Shown here piece after piece: positions 25,154 to 44,694 of a stretch of DNA of 64,000 bases; the first letter of the stretch is position 1, and each line of letters opens with the position of its first letter. The notes beneath the pieces are model-generated. The model made no database searches. It saw only the letters and a program-made list of their open reading frames with translations, and was not told the DNA's origin. The position numbers and the translations under genes were made by a program. The DNA is from Blastocystis sp. Blastoise. Its lineage: Eukaryota; Protista; Bigyra: Opalinata. Location: contig JBBPEB010000029.1 in NCBI GenBank assembly GCA_039096225.1, forward strand, positions 806,001 to 870,000, written 5' to 3'.

Positions 25154-25226
25154 AGCCTCAAGGGAGGATCGAACTCTCGACCTTTCGCTTACTAAGCGAG
25201 TGCTCTACCAACTGAGCTATTGAGGC
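25154..25226 (-). tRNA. trnT: tRNA-Thr(AGT)
   Basis: GCCTCAATAGCTCAGTTGGTAGAGCACTCGCTTAGTAAGCGAAAGGTCGAGAGTTCGATCCTCCCTTGAGGC has a perfect 7-bp acceptor stem, D-arm, loop TT-AGT-AA and TTCGA T-loop. A T6 Pol III terminator follows just downstream. Confidence 0.95.
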
Positions 25227-26004
25227 GATTCAATAATTGTTCCAATCTATACCATACGAATATTAATGATTCTTAAAATTAGTTATTCAATAAAAGAGTG
25301 ATGAATTTTCGTACTATCTTTTTCATAGAATATTGTATAGGTTCATCTTTATTTATTATTTCGACCTAGCTTATTTAAAGTTGACAAGATAACAAAAAAA
25401 CAGTAAAGCAATATTAAATTTGTCTAATCTTATTGAATAAATTGTTAACATGAAATAATACCTTAATGTGAAAAATGTATTACGCCACAAATATTAAAAA
25501 ACGACAATAAAAGTGGAATATCTTTTTAATAGTCATCAAAATCTGAATTATCTATCAAAGTTCATGTGTATCATATTAACAATATATAGAATAACTTTTG
25601 TGATACAATCAAAACTAAATGAAACATATAAAGAAATGAAAATTGAGAATTGTCTTTATAAAATAATGAATTATATATATTATATTATGTAAAGTGTGTG
25701 ACATATAAAGGAAGCATGATCCATGATTAATTTGAATAAATAACAAGGATATAATGAAGAATAAAAAGGATCCCCAAATAAATTCGGCAAAAAAAATTAA
25801 TTATCGTGAATAGATTGTTTTTCTTATTAAAGTTCATGATATTCCCATGAATCAAGAAAAGAGATAAAATGGCTTTCATGTTAATCATTTTCATTTCCTT
25901 TAAAAAGAATTATTTTTTTAAATAAATAATGATTGATTATCTGATCAATCAAAGTGATTTATCTTTTTTATAAATATAGTTTATTTCTCCTCAAAGTATT
26001 TGAT

Positions 26005-27752
26005 ATGTTCTTCTTTCGATGGAAGTTTCTTATAAAGTTTTGTGTGGTTTGCATTTTTTTGTTAGTTTGTTATATTTTCTCAATGCTCTCTGAAATAGAT
26101 AGACCCGAGAATGCTGTTAGTACCTTTTCGATGAGAGGTCCAGTAAGAATTCCACGATATGAAATAACTGAAATTGTTGACAATGAAACTGTTCCTGATA
26201 AGAGTTTACGAAGTTATACATTTCCTGATCATCCTCGTTATCAGATTCCAATTCAAATTATTCAACAATTTAAAAGATATGAAGAGTTCTTATTAAATAA
26301 TGAGACTTTCTTTGTCAATAGAACTATTTCATTTAAGCCTACAACGCATGGATTAGGAAATAAACTTCATGGATTACATAGTGCATTATTCTTTGCTATG
26401 GTAACTCATCGACGTTTATGTAGTAAATATTTTATTCTTCTATTTCTAGATGTTTCACTTATTCTATGTTTAATATAACATATCTATAGTTTGTGATTGG
26501 CCTGAATTCTCTCAATTATTTTATTTTACATTTAATGTACCTCTATTAAATTCAAGTGGTATATATATATATTTATATAATTTATATAATTTGTTTATTT
26601 CTAGTTGATTTTATATATTATAAGATATTATATATATGTTGTATTTATTTTGTTATTATATTTATAATAAATAATATATTATTTATTCTTTATATATATA
26701 TTTTTTATAATAAATAATATATTATTAATTCTCTATTTTCTATTTACAATAAATAATATATATATAATAATAATATAGATTATCGTTGTCAATCTCGAAT
26801 TGTAGAATCTTATGTAAAACCTCAGAATGATTTATTATTTCAAAGACCAGTAAGAGAATTTCTTGGAGATGGAACTATTCTATTTACAAGTAATATGGAT
26901 TGTCTTCGAATTTTACAATATAATAATTATTATCGTAGATTAATGAAATCTTTTGGATTTGGTCGTGGATTTTTACCGATTTCAGATTTTTCAGTTATTT
27001 TTAAGCATTATATATATCATAAAGTTATGCTTCCTCAGCCTGTTATTCGTCGTAAAATAGAATTAGAATATAATTCTTGGATGAATTGTGTATATATAGG
27101 TATTCATATAAGAACAGGAGATTATTTAGTGGGTTTAGGAACCTTAAATCTATTATATAGTCGAAATACTAGTGTTTTACTCATGATTCAACATGCTATG
27201 AATCTAACAAAAATCTCTCCTTTTCCTGTTAAATGGTATTTATAATGATGATATATTTATATTTATTATATTTATTATATTTTATTATTATTATATTTTA
27301 TTATTATATTTATTATATTTTATTATTATTATATTTTATTATTATATTTTATTATAATATTTTATTATTATATTTTATTATTATATTTTATTATTATATT
27401 TATTATTATATTTATTATATTCGTTCTTGATTTCTTTTGTTACTTACCACTCTCTCTACCTTATATTTTATTATTCTTTATAATAAGTATATATATCTAT
27501 AGGTTTCTTTGTACAGATAATTCTGTTTTAAAATTAGATTTACTTCAAAGTTATCCTCATCATATAATAACTTATTCTTCTACTATAGCTCATACAGGTA
27601 GTAATAATAATACTTTATCTACAGGAATATCTGATGCAATAATAGAAATGTATCTTCTTGGAAAATGTAATTATCTTATTACTTCATTATACAGTACTTT
27701 CAGTGAAAATGCTTATTCAATTGCTGGAATTGTTCCTCAAGTTATAAGATAA
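26005..27752 (+). CDS. Type II membrane fucosyltransferase-like protein (GT-B; GT11/GT23/GT37 superfamily), 4 exons
   Basis: N-terminal TM followed by GLGNKL, GIHIRTGD, WFLCTD and EMYLLGKCNYLITSLYSTFS motifs. Confidence 0.8.
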
Positions 27753-29072
27753 CATATATATTCTATAAGCTATATATACATGTATATATTCTATATATTT
27801 TTTTTATATATAGTTTAGTATCAATTTGTGAGTTTTATTTTTTATTTTGTTATTATTTATAATGTTATTTTATTTTATTGTTTTTTCTCTATTTATATTT
27901 CTTTTTCTTCTTCTTTTTTTTTCTACGACATTATACAATTTTGTTATTATAGTAGTTGTTCTTATTCATTCTCTTTTTTTTTGAATGCATATTATATTAT
28001 ACATTTGAATAATTTATTTATATTTTTTTATTAATTCATTATTCATTCTCTTTTTTTTTTTTTTGTATACATATTATATTATATATTTGAATCATTTTTT
28101 ATAAAATTAATTCATTATTCATTCTTTTTTTTGAATACATATTATATTATTTATGTTTACTATCCTTTTTCTCCAATTCTTTATTCTAATATTTCCTTTT
28201 GTTATACTATATTTATTTTTGTTTATTTTTTATTCTACTTGTATTTAATTCAAAACTGTTGTTGTATATATTTTCTTTTGTTTTTTTTTCTTCTTATTCT
28301 TTTTTTTGCGTATATATATACATATTCTATTTGATTGGATTTGTTTTTATACATTATTTTTATAAAATCAAGTCAATTGATACGGCTTTTATTAAAAAAA
28401 AACACTTGAAACAAATAATAATTGTTTTTATTTCTTAATCAACCTTATAATTTTTTAAAACCCAAATAAAAATTTAGTTATATATATTCTTTATATATTG
28501 ATATCATGAAATAACATACTACATAACCAAATTGATTTGTCAAAAATCAATATGTTCAGATAAATTAGAGTTACACTATGTTTATTATGTTTTTCATAGT
28601 GTTTCTAACTTATGCAATAATTAATAAGGGTATAACTAGTTTAGAAGAAATGATTATAATAATTTCTTCTGCTTTAATAAATTAGTTTTTGTATTTAAAA
28701 CATTCTTATAATATTTTTATTTTTAAAAACAGTGTATAAAATACAAATTGTTGATTCTTAGAATAAAAAAAGATCAATTAAAGAAACGACCAAAAAAATA
28801 TATACTTTTTTAAAGAACTTGATAATGATTGGTTGATGAGGATGCATTGTATTTTGTTTGCAAAAATGATGCCTGGAACAAAAAAGAGAATCTTGAAAGT
28901 ATAAAAAATATGACTAATAATGAGTTTATAACCACGGTAATTCAATTAAGGGTAAGTCTAACCACTTGAACAAAGAAAAAAATAAGAAACGTTTTTTACA
29001 AACTTTTGAGTCCATATATACTCTTTCAATAGATTATTATCAGCGTGTACTTCACTAGTTACTATTACGAAC

Positions 29073-32943
<3,871 letters not shown>

Positions 32944-33218
32944 TCTTATATATATATATGTACATATATATATGTATATATGTATATATATATGTTGAAT
33001 CTTTATTAAAAGTAATTGAATATAATTTTTTTTTAATTATTATTATTATTATGTTTATTTTGCATATATATATATAATTTTGTTATGTATTCTTTGTTCT
33101 ATAAATTCTTTCTTCCTCGTGGAAATTGTTAATTCATATTTCCTTTTTTATACTCTATATATATATTTATTAAATACTCCATTCTTCTTCCTTCTCTCTA
33201 ATTTCTCTTCCTTTCATA

Positions 33219-33275
<57 letters not shown>

Positions 33276-33907
33276 CTATTGTTTATTGTTTCTTTGGGTG
33301 TTTCTCTGTTTTTTTTCTTATATATATATATATATATATATTATTAACCTTTCTATTTATTGTTCTATTTCATTCCCTAGTTTGCCATATAGTAATAATA
33401 TGTTTATTACTTCTTTTTTACTTTTTTTTACATTATTATAGTTTATATATATATATATATATTTAAAGCTTTCGGTTATAGTTATATCTTTTTTCATATA
33501 TAAATAAACATATTTATATATTTTCTATAATAGGCTATCTTAGAATATATTTGTTAGTTTTATTGCTGTTATTATATATCTATTTGTATATTTTCCATTG
33601 TTCTATATATATATATATATATATTCTTTTTTATAATTGTTTTTTTATTTATGATTTCTTATTTATTTCTTTGATATCCTCTATATATATGTATAATTAT
33701 ATATATAGACTTTTATTTTTAATTTCGATTTCTATTATCAATACATTATTTTATTTTCTATACATATATATATATATATTTATGTTAAATTCTTTTTATT
33801 CATTTATTCATTTTTGTATATCTATTCTGTTTTGTATGTTATATTATATATATATTTATATTTATATATATAATTTAATCTATTATCTACATTTGTTCTC
33901 ATGTTTT

Positions 33908-33955
<48 letters not shown>

Positions 33956-35536
33956 GTTGCTATTCAAGAATTTTTTATTTTAATTTATTTTTTTATTTTT
34001 TGTTTTCTTCAATTTGTATATATAAAGGTATATATATATACTCTTTTTTTATCTACACTTCTATCAAATAATATATACTTCTATATATATAAGAGTATTT
34101 ATTATTTTATTATAGTTTTATTCATATTTCTTTTTTAACAATTATTATATATTTTTATCATTATTGTTATTACTGTTATTTATATATATTTGTATTTATA
34201 TAAATAGTATCTAATGTTTATTTTTTTTTATTTATAATTGTATTTATTTTTATATTCTAAATTAATAATCAATTATGTAATTATAAAATATATATAGATA
34301 TACATATAAGTATTTCCATTAATTTATTATTATATATTCCCATTTTGTAACACTATTATATATATTTCTATTTATTATCTTATCTTTTTTGTTTTATTCT
34401 TCTTTTTTTTTATTCTTTATTATAAACTTTTTTAGGATGTTTTTTATTAAAAAATGTCTATTCAATTAATATATAATCTATAGTATACTTTTTAATGAAA
34501 ACACCTCTATATATATTTTTATATATTTATATTTTTGTTTGTTTCTGTATATCAGTTGAATATACGTTGTTCTGAATTCAAATAACATATATATATATTC
34601 TTTATTATACCCATTTATATTTCTTTTTGTGTTATCATTCTCTAAAATATCTTACAAAATATATATATATATACATATATTTCACTTTTCTTTATTTTCA
34701 TTTTTTTTGTATTTTGTTAAATATTAAAATTATATGTAAATATATTACATATATTCCATTATTCAATATTTATATTAAAGTTATATATGTATGTCCTATT
34801 ATTAAATTTTACTTTATATTGTTATGTACATATATAAACTAATATATCTTTATTTTCTAGATAATTTATATATATAATATATATATATAATTATATCAAT
34901 TTATGTATCAAGAACTATTTTCAATTCTAGTTCCATTCTTATTTAGTGTGTTTTTTTTTTCATTTTTTTTTTCTTTTTTCTTATTTGACTTTTTCACTTT
35001 TTATTTAATATTTTTCTTTTATATATATTTTGTTGTTGCTATTAAACTATTTTCTTTGTGTATATATATATAATACTTGAGAATCTGTTAAATCTTCATC
35101 TTTTGTAAATTTTGTCTTTATAGATACGTTCATTTCTGTGTTTTCCTTATTGATCGTATCTGTTTGTAATCACGATACCTTTCATACTCTCTATTTGTCT
35201 GCTCTATTTTTAAATGTATAATTTTATTGTTTTGTTTCATCTAATTTCATTTTTTTTTATGGATCTTCATTGTTTTTCAACAAAGATAAAAGAAGAATTT
35301 ATTTTATATACTAGTATGATGTAAATTTTTAAGACTATTATTGTGAGTATCTAGCAAAACAATGTGTGAACATTCTCAAGTTATTTTATGTCATTATGTG
35401 TCAATATTTATAAAACCTTTTTAGTTTAAAATAGATACATAATTCAAAAAAAAAAGAAAAATTTTTTTTACAAATTAACTGAAAATGACTGACGTGACTG
35501 AATCAGATTTTTTTTTATGAAATTATTCAAATAACA

Positions 35537-36025
35537 ATGAGACAACCAAGAGTGAAGCATACAAATCCAAAAATAAAGAATACTAAAGTTAAAGTAAAGG
35601 CAACGAAGATACCTGTGCCAAAAAAGAAAGTGAAGAAGACAATGACTTCAGAAAGCAGACCTCATGCTAACAAGTCATGGAAGCCATTAAATGAGTCAAC
35701 TAGAATTTTTTCTATATCTTCAGCTCGAAAAGCTATACCGTATGATATTTATGTTTTAATTATAAATTAATTGTCCTTGTCTTTTATTATTATGTAGTAT
35801 TGCATTGAAAGCTATTCCGTCATCAAAATTAGAAGAAATGAATAATGTTTACGATGATATTCTAGAAAAAACTAATGAAGAGCTTCAAGTATTTTTTTTT
35901 AATATTTATTTTATTTTATTTTATTAATTTTATTTTATTTTATTATTATATGTATATAGAAAATAGATGCACCTCCCACCCATTTCAATGATAAAACAAT
36001 TCCTTATAAAGATTTACCACTTTTT

Positions 36026-36112
<87 letters not shown>

Positions 36113-36771
36113 CTTTTTTTTATATTAATATATGGAGAATTTAACAATATAATCTTTATAGAATAAATTGAAAGCTTATTTATTTTTGTTACAATATAAT
36201 GAAAATAAATTAGATATATCAAAAAAAAGAGAAAAGCAAGTTATTCAAAATTTACAAGAACAGCTTCATGTTATCAATGAAGAAAAGAAGCAAATAACCG
36301 CGAATAATAAGTTATTACCGTTAATTGTACAAGATTTACCAGATGATTCTGATGATATAAATATAATTAATGATAAAAATAATATTTGGAGACAAAAACC
36401 AATAACTGGAAAAGATCCATTTTTATTAGTATATATATATATAGTTATATTTATAAATATATTATTACATTTTTATTTTTTGCTTCTATTAAATATATAA
36501 TAAATATTATTTATGTTTTTGGTTATAATAATATATTATATATAGGAATATAAATCGGAATTAAGTTCATTTCGAAAATTAGTTACAGATCTTATTAATC
36601 AACAATCAGAAGAAGGTATATATATATATATATATATTATTCATTATTAATTTATAAAAATACATTATTTCCTATTCTATAATTCTATAATATATATATA
36701 TATATATAGATCAATCCATATATAATAGTATCCATCAAATATTATCCATAAAACATCAACTTGGAATATAA
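35537..36771 (+). CDS. Probable CENP-Q-like kinetochore (CCAN) protein, 6 exons
   Basis: Basic N-terminus, SWKPLNESTR, a helical region ending LQKIDAPP, then coiled coil. This spacing resembles CENP-Q (WQPLSKSTR...LKVPP), recalled from memory and not searched. Confidence 0.5.
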
Positions 36772-37804
36772 AAAAAAATTTTTAATTATTTTCTTCTTTT
36801 TCGCTTTATATATATGTTTTATTATTAGTTAATTATTTGTTCATTATGTTTTATTTATTTATATATGTAGTTTTTTTCACATTATAGTTATTATTATTGT
36901 AAATAATAAATATAAAAGTTATTTAAAAAAAGCAAGTATATATATCATAGATAAAAATCAATTCAAATAATAGTAAATAGATCAAGAGTGATTCTATACA
37001 ATATATATGAATTATGTATAGATAAAAATGTTTTGAAGATATATATTCTTTAAATAAATGCATTTATAAATAGCTTTCATCAAAGATATGTTAAACGTAA
37101 CAGTTTGTTTATAAAAATGTTCTATTCTGTGTAATAATAAGTGATTCTTTTGTGAAATAAAGAGCAGTTGAAGAAAAAAAAGAAAAGAAAAGCAACAAAT
37201 ATAATTAAATGAAATGTGAGATCATAATCAACAGAGAATGAAATGAGAAAAAATCATTATTTCAGATATTATAGAGAAAATATCAAATGTCTAAACAAAC
37301 AAAAATTTATTTTATGATGAAATATATTTAAAAGGAATAGACTTTTAAAAAAAAATAGTAAAAAGAAGAATTAATAAAAAAGAAAATCAACCTCAAAAAA
37401 TAATAAATATCTATATAAAATAATGTTTTATAATAATTATAAAAAAAGTCAAAAATAAAAATATAATATAATAAAAAATTAAAAAAAAAGAGAATACCAT
37501 TGTCTAAAAAAGATGTGTATATATAAATATATATCTGTAGATATAAAAATATAAAATATATATCGAATGTTAATAACACGTAGATAATTATATTTAAAGT
37601 TATAAAAAAAATAATGTCTTATATATATAAACATGATTATATTATATTTTATATAAAATAATAATATAATAAAAAAAAAAAAAGAAAGAAGGAAAAATAT
37701 GTAGAAATAGATATATATAATTATATAAATATATAAAAGCATAAATATATAAAAATGTAAATACATAAAATATAAATATATTATATAAATATTACAGATT
37801 AGAA

Positions 37805-38826
37805 TTAGTTAAAGAATTTAGGTAAAGTATCATTTTTAAAATCGGATCGAACAATAAATAATGATTCTCTATTAATAAATGAGCATGCAATCCAACTATA
37901 AGAAGAAGGCCAAGTACCAATACATTCTTGACTAGAGCCAACTAACATCATTTCAGATAAAGCATATAATTGAATAGAAACAAAAGTACTACGATCATTT
38001 TTTTGAGCTCCATCTGTTGTTTTGATTTCTTTAGCTTTTGAATATTTACAAGTAGAACCACATAAAGTATGTATTAAATGTTTTACTTCTGTAGAATCAG
38101 TTGCTACATAAGCATAAGAATAATGATTTTCTTTTGTATGTTGTTTAATAAATTTTATCATAGGTACAATATCTTTCATATTTAAGAAGGCCCATTTATC
38201 TTTAAAATCAGCTAATTGACCACCTGTTCTTATATGGGCACTTAAGTAATTACTTTTAGCATAATTAGGTAATAAAGATATCATATAATCTTCTAATATT
38301 TGTTTCTTTCTTAAAGAAATAGATAATACATCTGTTAAATAACGGTATTGTTTAGGTGGATTAATAAAAGTAGTATTTACTAAAGTTATATCACATCCTA
38401 ATTCTTTTAATAATATCTGATTTCTAGGTATTTCATAAAATAAATGTAAATAATTTTCCCAACCACTAATAATTAATGTGCGACTTTGAATATAATCATC
38501 CATGGTACCATGAATAATTCGTTGATTAAAACGTTTATCCTTATCTCCTAACCAACCTAAATATAAATTAGCTTCTCTATTACTTTTATATGGTTTTGTA
38601 AACATTTTTTTAGGCCAAGTATATTTATTACGAGTATAATAACTAATGTGACCTGGAAATGCTTCACGAACTGTAAAACAATTATAAAATACTGTATCAT
38701 CAGCAATTAATCTATATATAGTTATAGTTATAATATATAAGAGAAGAAAAATTGGATAATTATAAAATGTTATCGTAATGAAATAATATAATAGCAATAT
38801 AATAATAATAATATATAATAATAATA

Positions 38827-38863
<37 letters not shown>

Positions 38864-38879
38864 TTAATAATAGCATTAT

Positions 38880-38915
<36 letters not shown>

Positions 38916-39626
38916 TATAATAATATACAATTTCATTCTATAAATAGCAGAAAGTAAATAGCAGAAAGAAAATGAAATAAATTGATTTCCTAAACCACCA
39001 AAAGGTATAAATTTAATTATTCCTTTTTTCATTTGTACATTTTCTAATATAGGATCTAAATGATCTCCTACAAATGTTTCTATTCCACTAGCTACATGTT
39101 TACCCATAAAGGAATCTGATTCTGTTGAAGAAGAATCTTCATTATTATTTTCAGTATTATTTTCAGTATTATTATTTTCAGTATTATTATTATTTTCATT
39201 ATTATTATCATTATTATTATTATTATTATTCTCATCGATAATTTCGTTATTATTTTCAGTAGAACTTTCGTCATCTCCTTTTTTGAAGTCAACAGAATTA
39301 CGTATCATGTTCTTTTCAAAGTCATCTAAAGACTTATTAATCTCTTCAGTAGACCTATGAGATACTGATCCAGGTCTAAAAAAATATATAAATTATTTTA
39401 AAGATTATAAATAAGATGAGGATACATAGAAGACATACCCAAACGGTAAAGAATCATTTTCAGCAAAGCTTGTTGTCATACTTTCTTTCAGTTTTTGACC
39501 ATATTCAACTTCCTTCAAATTTATTGATATCGCAAGGAGCAGCGCAAAGCATAAAACTATTTCTATTAATTAACTTTACAACAAATCTAACATACTAGAT
39601 ATATAAACACACTTAAATTTATTCAT
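37805..39626 (-). CDS. Type II membrane fucosyltransferase-like protein, 4 exons
   Basis: Signal anchor followed by GGLGNQF, SAHIRTGG, YVATDS and SEMMLVG...WPSSYS motifs. Confidence 0.8.
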
Positions 39627-39798
39627 TTTCAATAGATTCAATTTTAAACAATAATTCTTCTTGAATCTCTACAGAATAATACAGCTAAAATATCTTTATC
39701 TATAAATATTGAAGATAAATAGAGAATGAATATTTTATTGTTGATTGAGTCATGTAATCGAATTATCCCCTTTAAATTCCAGCCAGATTTCCTAGATC

Positions 39799-39826
39799 CC
39801 CATGAAACCTACGGTCATTTCATGGG
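39799..39826. promoter_or_regulatory. Inverted repeat CCCATGAAA-N10-TTTCATGGG in a bidirectional promoter
   Basis: Perfect 9-bp inverted repeat near the middle of the 352-bp gap between two divergent glycosyltransferase genes. Confidence 0.45.
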
Positions 39827-39978
39827 AAACATTTCTGTACTCTTTTTTGAAGAAAAAAATTCATGGTAATTGAAAAATATACTGTCGCCAATTTCTCAAA
39901 AAACAATGTTAGTTCAAGAATTTTTTTTCTGTTATAAGATCATTATTTTATATATATATATCTGTAACATTAAAATAA

Positions 39979-42011
39979 ATGGTGCCGAGAAGAGTATTTG
40001 TTTCTATCCTGTATGTTTCTTTTCGATTATAATAAGTGATTCTCCATAATTTGTTTAACAATTATATATATAGAGGTTTCCTTGTTGTTTTTATTCAGGT
40101 ACTCTTACTTACTAGAATAAATCAAACATCATTTTTTCAATTGTTTAGTGGGAATCGTAACAGTTACATTGCTCTTAGTCAAGTATGTCTTATTTGTTTA
40201 TGTTTCATCTTTTACTAATCATATTATTCATTATCATATAATTCCTGTCAATTATTTTGTCATAATCAATAAATATAGTTTTTTTTTAATTCTTTTTGAT
40301 TATCTTTTATATTAAAAACAATATCTTTATAAAAATGTTTTATTTCTAGTCAACAGGTAGTATGACTTCTTATGATAGTCCCGATGAAATAGTGAAAGAA
40401 ATAATTGTAGAAAATGTAAAGAATCAAATGAGTGGTGTTTCAGATACAGTTGATAATAATAAATCTAAAATAAATATAAGTAAAGAAGAGCTTTCTGAAG
40501 ATATACAATCAACAAAAACATCTACATCAGAATTACCTGATTTAGGAATATTTCCAAATGTAACCATTATAATAAAAGGAACTACATTAACAAAAGAAAT
40601 GTTAGAATTTGCAAAGATTAAAAGTAAGAAATTTAATATACGTGAGCGTTATTATATTATTTATGAAGATCCTTTTACTCACGATGGTCAAATGCATGAT
40701 GATTATATAGAAAAAGATTTTAGTTATCCTTATGTAGTTCGTCAAACTATTACTCAAAAAGATATGTTAGCTTATACTTATGGAATATTATATGAATCTG
40801 ATTATATATTATTTATTGATTATGATCGAGTTACTATATTTAATTATGAATATTTAAAAGAAGAATTATTAGATTCATTATATAAAGATGTTTATGAAGA
40901 AATAGTAGATCATTTAGAAAATCCATTAACTACAAAGAAATCACTTGTATTTACTTATGTAGATGATGAAAGTACATTCTTTAGTAGTATTACGTTTACT
41001 CGCCAAATAGTAATTCGTAATATTTTAACAAAAACCACGGTAAATAGAGAGACAGTTAGTGTTGGCTCATATTTAAATACATTAATTAATAATAATATAT
41101 TAATATTAAAATCCATGAGTATTCCTGGAATTACTACGAATTCTTCTCCTATATTTACTGATATTGATAATGGAAAGTCTATTCAACCTTTTTTCTGTAA
41201 TTCTACACATGAATATAATTCAGATACATTCAGTGTTACTATTGGTACTTATAGACGTAATTACGTGGAAGAACAAATTAGTGATATATCTACATATTCA
41301 TTAAAACCTAAATTTATTACAATTAATCAAAATTTAAATTTAGTTAATTTTGATATATTATCTTTTAGTAAATATAATATACCTATATTACATACATGGT
41401 GTACAAATTGGAATAGTAAATATTATGGAAGATATGTAATTAGTTCTATATTTGAAACAAATTATAATTTAATGTTTGATGATGATTTTTTTTTAAAAGA
41501 TAAAAAAGTAATAAAAGATGTAGTAAGAAAAGCAAAGAAAGATCATAAAATGTACGGTTACCGTGGTTATAACTTAGTTGAAGATCCTCAAAATACACTT
41601 ACTATAAATAAAGATGAGTTTGATTATTGGCAGTTTGATCATATAGCAGTTATTACATTATCCGATATATTTACTTATAAACGTATGTTTAAATATCAAA
41701 TACCAACTTATGATTATGGTGAAGATATACATTTTTCATTAACAAATTATATGGATTGTCAAATAACTACAGGTCGATTTAAAGCTTGGGTAACTAATAA
41801 GAATAATGATATCAATCGTGCTGCACATAAACGTAAAGAAATCTTTGTGAAACCATTATATAATTTAACTATTCCTCAACCACATAATTTATTTATGAAA
41901 CGTGGTGAACCTACTTTATATGGTTTTTATATGGACGGTGGATATATACCCCAAATGTATAGATTTAAACATATGTATCCAGTTTCTACAAAAGATAGAA
42001 TGATTTATTAA
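39979..42011 (+). CDS. Type II membrane GT-A fold glycosyltransferase (GT2/GT64-like), 3 exons
   Basis: N-terminal TM; the C-terminal domain has VTIGTYRR, NSKYYGRY, MFDDD (DxD) and GEDIHFS. Confidence 0.65.
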
Positions 42012-43134
42012 AGATATTTTATATTTATTTATATTATTCATTATATATAATAAATATAAAATAACATTTCAATCTCTTATTATTAAGATATATATATATA
42101 TATATACTTTATTTTTCTTGTCCTATTTTTTTGATTAATTACTACTCTCTTTTTCTTATACTATTTAATAATAAATAATTTTATTATTATTTATTTATTT
42201 TCCATATATATATTATTCTAAAGTCATATTTTGGTTTATTATTGATAATCCAACGTTTTAAATAGAAATTTATTATATAGATTTTTATTTTTTGTTTTTT
42301 TATATATATTTTTTGTATACCGTTATTATGATATTGTATCGTTTTGTTTATATATATATAATAGGAATACTATGTATTCATTTTCTTGTACTAATTGACG
42401 AATAATAAACGTGTTATATATACAACTATTCACAATCATTCATAGTATTATAAGAAGAAAAAACAAAGCACAAATAAGTATAGAATAATAATCTTTTGAT
42501 AAATAACAGATGAAAAGCAATTTTACTAAGTGATGAAAGTCTAGTAATAATAGAAGAAAAATAAATATTTTTCTTTAAATTGAAAAAGATCATTCCAAAA
42601 AAAAAGTATTTTTTCTATTGTTAAAAAGAATGTAAGCAATAATATAAACAAATTATTACTTATATAAATATAAGAATATAAAAAAATAGTAGATATAAAA
42701 AAACAAATATATATTATATAATTATACATATATTTGTTTAAAATAATTGTTATATATAAATATAACTATATATAATTAGAGAAAAGAAAAAGGTTTTTAC
42801 CAGCTAATAAAAATCTATAAAAACAAATATATATATATATATAATTAAAACAAATAAACATAAAAAATTTAAAAAAAAAACAATTAAAAGTATGAATAAA
42901 CACAGCGATATATATATATATAATCTAAACTATAAACCAATCGTAATATCATATTCGTAAATGATATATAATAAAAAAAATATATAAAATTTATATTTTA
43001 ATATTTTTTAAATAGTATTCAATAATATATATATATATATATAATATCAATAATATTTTAATAATAATTTTAATATATTTAAATATATATAGGATAAGTT
43101 ACTATAATAATAATTTTATTTATTTATTAAAATT

Positions 43135-44694
43135 TTAAGAAGTTTCTTTTGAAGTAATTCTATTGGTTAATGAATTTCTATATAAACTAGCACATCGTAC
43201 GCCATCTCTCATAGCACAAGATAAATAACTAAATGAACTTCCAGCGTATCGAATAATATATTTACATTTCGATAATAAATACATTTCAGAAATAGAATCA
43301 ATAACACCTAAAGATTGATTATCAAGCGATACTAATCCTGAATGTACTATTGTTGTATTGAATATAATTACTTCATAAGGGTATTCTTCTTTCATTTTAT
43401 TCTTATAATATGTACTATCAGATGATATATACCACCGAACATCACGTGGATATAACTTATATGTATAACGTTTTGCAACAGACATAACATACTTTAAATC
43501 AGAAGGATATAAGAAGTGATCATTTTTATCTTTTGTTTTATTAAAATCAGCATATTTTCCAAATCTTAAATGAATACCTATAACATCTGTATTTGATAAA
43601 TAATACCATTTATCATCAATAGATTGTTGAACATATTTTGATGGAGAAATAACATTTTTAAAAAATCGATATATTAAATAAGTAGCATAATCAGAATGTC
43701 TTGAAGAATCACTTTCCATATTATATAAACGAAAAAATGATTTTATATTATTACCTTCATGAATACGTCGAATTACACCACAATTCACGGTTATTTTAGT
43801 TATACTACTATTAAACATCGTCGATAACCGCGGGAATACCACTTCTTCATGATTTTTACATGGAGAAGTATAGGAAATCGTTTTTGTTATATTTAATTCT
43901 ATAAAGATATATATAATAAATTATATATTTTAACTATGTTAATTTTTCTATTATTCTTATTTTAAAAAAATATTGGAATAAAAATAAACTATATACAATT
44001 GATTCTATTATGAAATATATATGCTTATATATATACGATTACAGGAAACAATAGAAATAGGCATCAGAAAATCAAAATAATAGGAAAATGCTGGCCAATT
44101 ACATACTATATATATATATATATTAATTATGGATAATATTTAAAAATACTCATAAAACGACTGTTTGTCATCATTGCAAAATAAAAAGCTAACGATAATC
44201 CTAACAACTTATTTCCTAAACCAGAAAATGTAGGTTCAAATACGATAATATTTCTTTGTGTATAATTCTTCTCACATCGTCTTTGAACATCCTTATAATA
44301 ATTCAAAAACGATATAAAGGATACATGTTTTGGATCCACAAAATGCTGCATTCTCTTGTAATCCCAGTTATAAAATCGATTAAATTCTATACATACATAT
44401 TTATTATTATTAATTTTCAATAATTTATATACATAATAGACTAAAAAAGTAATAATAATAATAATTACCTTGAAAATGAAAATCATCAACAAAATAAGAT
44501 TCAAATTGTTTCATATATTCTCTTTTGGATAGTTTGAGATTCTTCTTCGGAACTTCATCCGTCACCTTGTAAGTAGTTAATTGTAGCATATTTCCAGAAA
44601 GATCGACAATATCCACACCAAAGAGTTTTGAAAAGAGATAAATCACCTCTACCACGAGACACACCACTGCAATGATATATATATTGCGCCTCAT
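43135..44694 (-). CDS. Type II membrane fucosyltransferase-like protein, 4 exons
   Basis: TM followed by GLGNKL, GIHLRFG, WYISSD and SEMYLLSKCKYIIRYAGSSFS. Paralogue of 26005-27752. Confidence 0.8.

Noticed and set aside
33080-34842. Long I/Y/F/L-rich ORFs here and at many other places (2063, 27828, 37328, 59405, antisense poly-I/poly-L ORFs)
   Set aside because: They are translations of (TA)n/(TTA)n intronic, UTR or antisense repeat DNA with no coding features.
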